Shown here in pieces: positions 36,968 to 41,519 of a DNA stretch of 41,519 nucleotides. The DNA is taken from assembly GCF_004010195.1 (NCBI RefSeq), contig NC_057718.1:32443883-32485401 (forward strand), in the 5' to 3' direction. The notes below the pieces were generated by a model that made no database searches, had not been told where the DNA came from, and saw nothing but the letters and a program-made list of their open reading frames with translations. Made by a program: the position numbers and the translations under genes. Position 1 is the first letter of the stretch. Every line of letters begins with the position of its first letter. Source of the DNA: Chiloscyllium plagiosum. Its lineage: Eukaryota.

Positions 36968-37105
36968 AAACAAAGAAGTACACATGCTGGAAATCTGAAA
37001 CAGAATCTGAAGAAGGGTCACTGGACTCGAAACGTTAACTCTGCTTTCTCGCTGCAGATGTTGTCACCCTGCTGAGCTTCTCCAGCAATTTCTGTTTCTG
37101 TGTTT
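36968..37105 (+). mobile_element. Older PLE terminal fragment with inverted head and hammerhead motif at 37007-37038
   Basis: CTGAAGA-A-GGGTC/ACTG/GACTC-GAAA-CG-TT, followed by CAGATGTTG...CCTGCTGAG...TCCAGCA like the other PLE tails. Confidence 0.7.
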
Positions 37106-37674
37106 TTGGTATCATTATTGATTCTGTACCATCACTCACGATGTGGGTAGCAGTGTGGAATGATGTACATTGCAGATTCTGACACAATCTTGTGTTTCGT
37201 CTCAGCGAAAATTATACCTGAACAGACACTTCTACAGTGCATGTGAACCTATATTTATTAAAGGTTGACTTGTGTCAGCTAAATGCCCTCTTAGGTTTCT
37301 TGTTCCTCAACCACACACTAAATCTAAGTGACCTCTGCATCTGGGGTGCAAGGAGTCTGTTCTGTGGTTGGAGCGTTTGGTTTTGAAAATTTGGGTGGCC
37401 ATACCACGGTGTCTTTGGCTCCTGAGGGTGTAGGCCTGCTGAGAAACTGATATAGATTGTAGTGGTTCAAGAAGGCAGATCACCACCTCCTTCTCAAAGG
37501 CAACTAGGGATGGGCTGTAAATGCTGACTGGCCAGCCAGCAACTTCCACATATCATGCATGAATATTAAAAAAAATGTCCTGCCCAGATGCAGGCCCACC
37601 CATCTCATTTTGACCTGATGCAGGCTTTGTGGTCACAGGAAGGTGGAGGTGGAAGGGTCCAGGCACCTCTACAG

Positions 37675-38466
37675 TGTCATAGAGTCATAGAGGTGTACAG
37701 CAGAGAGACAGACCCTTCAATCCAACTCCTCCATGCTGACCAGATATCCTAACCTAATCTAGTCCCATTTGCCAGCACTTGGCTCATATCCCTCTAAACC
37801 TTTCCTATTCATATGCCATCCAGATGCCTTTTAAATGTTGTAATTGTGCCAGCCTCCACCACTTCCTCTGGCAGCTCATACCATATACACACCACCGTTT
37901 GCGTGAAAACGTTGCTCCTTAGGTCCCTTTTATAGCTTTGCCCTCTCACCCTAAACCTATCCAGTCTAATTCTGGACTCCCCACATGGAATAGATCTTGT
38001 CTACTTACCCTATCCATGCCCCTCATGATTTTATAAGCTGCTATAAGGTCACCCCTCAGCCTCCGATGCTCCAGGGAAAACAGCTCCAGCCTATTCAGCC
38101 TCTCCCTATCGCTAAAATTCTCCAACCCTGGCATCCTTGTAAATCTTTTCTGAACCCTTTCAAGTTTCACAACATCCTTCCAATAGAAGGGAGACCAGAA
38201 TTGCACACAATATTCCAACAGTGGCCTAACCAATGTCCTGTATAACCGCAACATGGCCTCCCGACCTCTCAGTCATAAAGATATACAACACAGAAACAGA
38301 CCCTTTGGTCCAACTCGTCTATGCTGACCAGGTATCCAAAATAAATGTAGTCCCATTTGCCAGCATTTGACCCATGTCCCTTTAAACCATTCTTATTCAT
38401 ATACCCATCCAAATGCCTTTTAAATGTAATTGTACCAGCCTCCACCACGTCCTCTGGCAGCTCATT
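37675..38466 (-). mobile_element. Two tandem CR1 3' fragments (37675-38269 and 38270-38466)
   Basis: ORF 37946-38254 MLRLYRTLVRPLLEYCVQFWSP...LERVQKRFTRM...RRLRGDLI is the CR1 ORF2 C terminus; the 3'UTR is repeated at 38270. Confidence 0.92.
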
Positions 38467-38815
38467 TCCCTCAGCAGAAGCTGTCCGTGTTGCTATCTGT
38501 CACATTGTTTCTCTATGAGGGCCTACTGGAACCGCCCTGTCCCCGTGAGATGAAGGGGCATCTGTAGTAATATCCCTTCTCATGTTGCCAGTCATGGTGG
38601 GCACCTACGACAAGAGCAATGGAGTGCAAGTCTGTGTGCATATCGAGCAGACATTAAATGTGTTGGATCTGGCTATCCATGATAGTTGTTACCCTGTCCA
38701 CAGAGACAGCCTGAGGCAGGCATCCAAGTGTCAGTCAACCCACCTACCAAGTGCATGTAACAAACCTGCCTGCTGTTCCTGTAACTATCTAAGTATTATG
38801 GGTCTATAGGGCATT

Positions 38816-39028
38816 TAGCCTAGTTGGCCGAGTGGCTAGTTTGCAATGCAGAGTAACACCAACAGCATGGGTTCCAATTCCTGCACTGGCTGAGGTTAAC
38901 ATGAATAAATTTCCTTCTCAACCACACCCCTTGCCCAAGGTATGGTGACTGTCCAGTCAAACCACCACCAGTCATTACTCCCTAATGAGAGCGCAGCCTG
39001 ATAATCTGGTAGGACTATGGTGACTTTA
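38816..39028 (+). mobile_element. tRNA-derived SINE (different family)
   Basis: A-box-like TAGCCTAGTTGG and B-box-like GGTTCCAATTCC, ending GGACTATGGTGACTTTA. Confidence 0.55.
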
Positions 39029-39656
39029 TTATTCCCTTTATTTTCAGTGAAGTTGGTGTAAAACAACAGAAACTGTAAATGATTTATCTGTTTCCTTACT
39101 TGAATACAGTCGGCATGTTCGTTTTTTTTCAATTTGTTAATATCTTATCAAGGTTCAATAATACTTTGTCAGTACATCAGAGATCGCTTCCCTAGGCTTC
39201 TTTACTTTTCAGCACTCTGGAATAAATCCCATTTCTCCATGGGGATTGATTTATTTTGGACACGTGTTTACAGTAAAGATAACTTTGCTTCGATTATCTC
39301 TTTGTAGGAATGTATATCGTACGCATCTCCCTTGTCAATGAGTGAAAAATAGATCCAGGATCAGTTTGGAGCATGTTTGCATCTTATACAATTTTCACCT
39401 GTACTGAATAACACCTTCTTATTAATGTTGAAAGATTTTGTCCTGTCGCATTTAGCCGTAGCTGTGACACCTTTTCCCAGGATCCTCTTTCCTTTCAATT
39501 ACTCATGTAGCATGTTTTTATTAACATGCACCCCAGTGAATACATTCTCTTTATTCCTCACAGGAATTATCGGTCACTTTCATTTTCCTTTACCACAATC
39601 TAATTTCATCAATCCAATGCCTGACACTTTCCACTGATGCTTTAAGAACTGCTGCT

Positions 39657-40277
39657 GGGGAATCCAAGATGGCGGCGACCCAGCAAGTCTGAGTCTACAG
39701 TGCTCCTCCCAAGACTTGGGCAAAGTGGGCCACCCACCCCCACCACACTCACCAAATCATTTAAAATAGCTGCTTAATTTAATTAGTTGCTTAGTATTAA
39801 ATTTAAACAATCTAATCTTCAGTAAAAATGACTAAAGGGAAGGGAGCCACAGCTCTCAGCAAGCAGAAACCCCTCCCCCACCCTCTCCAGCTGCTGCTGA
39901 GGCATCCGCAGCCACCCCGGGGGATTTACCTACAGTGGCGAGCCTCATGGAAGTCATCTCTAAACTTGATGCGAAGATCGATGCTTTTATTGAAGAATCC
40001 AGAAGTCGATGGGACTCACTCTTGGCCGCGCTGCAAAAGCACGACCGAGACATTAAGGAAATCGAGCGCTGAGTCAGAGGGGCGGAGCTAAAGGCCGCGA
40101 CATCCGAAACTACAGCGCAATTGGCCGTGGATCGGGTCCGGACTCTCTAACAGCAAGTCCGGACCTTAGAGAATCATATTGATGACCTCGATAATCGAGG
40201 TCGTCAAAAAAATATTCGTTTGCTGGGCCTTCCCGAACGGGAAGAGGAAGGCCAGCTTACAGCGTTATTTTGAGAAA
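39657..40277 (+). mobile_element. 5' end of a second L1 family member (5'UTR + disrupted ORF1 start), 3'-truncated
   Basis: Starts GGGGAATCCAAGATGGCGGCG after TTT/AAGAACTGCTGCT; ATG at 39828. A downstream frame reads LENHIDDLDNRGRQKNIRLLGLPE, matching ORF1p at 10761-11591; contains a frameshift and stops. Confidence 0.9.
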
Positions 40278-41519
40278 CTCCCTTCAACTACTACTCTCTG
40301 TCTCCTGTTGCTCAACCAGTTCTTTATCCACCTGCTAGAACACCCTGCACACCATGTGACTTCACTTTCTCCATTAGTCTACAATGGGGAACCTTATTAA
40401 ACACCTTACTAAAGTCCATGTATATGACATCAACAGCCCTTTCTTCATCTATCAACTAGGTCACTTCCTCGAAGAACTCTATACGTTGGTAAGGCATGAT
40501 CTCACCCGCACAAAACCATGTTGCCTATCACTGATAAGCCCATTCTTTTCTAAATATAAATAGATCCTATCCCTCAGAACCTTCCCCAGCAACTTTCCCA
40601 CCACCGACGTCAGGCTCACTGGTCTGTAGTTACCCGGAATATCCCTACTAACCTTCTGGTACAGGGGGACAACATGAGCAACCCTCCAATCCTCCAGCAC
40701 CTCACCTGTATTTAAGGATGTTACAAAGATATTGGTTAGCACCCCAGCAATTTCCTCTCTCGCCTCCCTCGGCAACCTGGGATAGATCCCATCCGGTCCT
40801 GGGGCTTTGACCATCTTAATAACCTCTAGCCTACCCAACACATCTTCCCTACTTATGTCAACGTGATCCAGACTAATCAAACTTCTATCTCTAATCTCAA
40901 CATTCATCATGTTCCTCTCCTCAGTGAACACTGTTGCAAAGTAATCATTCAGAATCTCACCCATTCTCTCAGGTTCAACACACAGCCTTCCTTCATTATC
41001 CTTTAGTGGACCGATCCTTTCTCTAGTTACCTGCCTGATTCTTATAAAAGAATAAAATGCTTTGGGATTCTCCTTAATTCTGCTCATTAAAGCTATTTCA
41101 TGACCCCTTTTAGCCCGCTTGATTCCTCATTTAAGACTTGTCCTTCTCTTCCGATATTCCTCCAGGTCCCATTCTGTTCTCAGCTGCCTAGACCTTATGT
41201 ACGCTTCCCTTTTCCTCTTGGCTAGGCGTACAATTTCTCCTGTCATCCACGGTTCACAAATCTTGCCCTTCCAATCCTTTGCCTCCAACGGGACATGCCT
41301 ATCCTGCACTATCTTTGAAACCTCCCACATCTCAAATATGGACTTCCCTTCAAATAGCTGTATCCAATCCACATTTCCCAGCTCCTGCCTAATTTTGATA
41401 TAATTGGCCTTGGCCCAGTTTAGCACCCTTCCCTTAGGACCACTCTCTTCTTTATCTACAAGTATTATAAAACTTACAGAATTGTGGTCATTCTTCCCAA
41501 AGAAATCCCCCACCGCAAC
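40271..41519 (-). mobile_element. CR1 LINE ORF2 fragment (end of endonuclease to mid RT), runs off the right edge
   Basis: ORFs 41127-41513 (NDHNSVSF) and 40479-41087 (KAPGPDGIYPR, PGNYRPVSLTSVVGK, QHGFVRVRSCLTN). Confidence 0.95.

Overview
Vertebrate nuclear DNA, most likely a cartilaginous fish (shark). That assignment is inferred from the repeat families: a V-SINE/HE1-type SINE, many CR1 LINE fragments and Penelope-like elements. The window is almost entirely intron of the protein kinase C epsilon gene (PRKCE, + strand); only one 155-nt kinase-domain exon (19045-19199) is recognisable. The rest is transposon-derived: a TSD-flanked L1 with intact ORF1 and an internally deleted ORF2 (7128-11775, -), the 5' end of a second L1, many CR1-clade fragments, two probable solo LTRs and tRNA-derived SINEs. 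The most notable signal is at least ten copies (one partial) of a minimal hammerhead-ribozyme motif, CTGA(T/A)GA-A-stemII-GAAA-(GC/CG)-TH, carried by Penelope-like termini. Several sit in 120-170 bp TSD-flanked inserts whose truncation or inversion junctions fall at the ribozyme core, and six complete motifs are in PRKCE pre-mRNA sense. Also seen are a 1.3-kb inversion with inverted duplications at both breakpoints, fold-back hairpins at retroelement junctions, and a multi-layer nested insertion. No new protein-coding system is supported; most short ORFs in the track are spurious or TE remnants.
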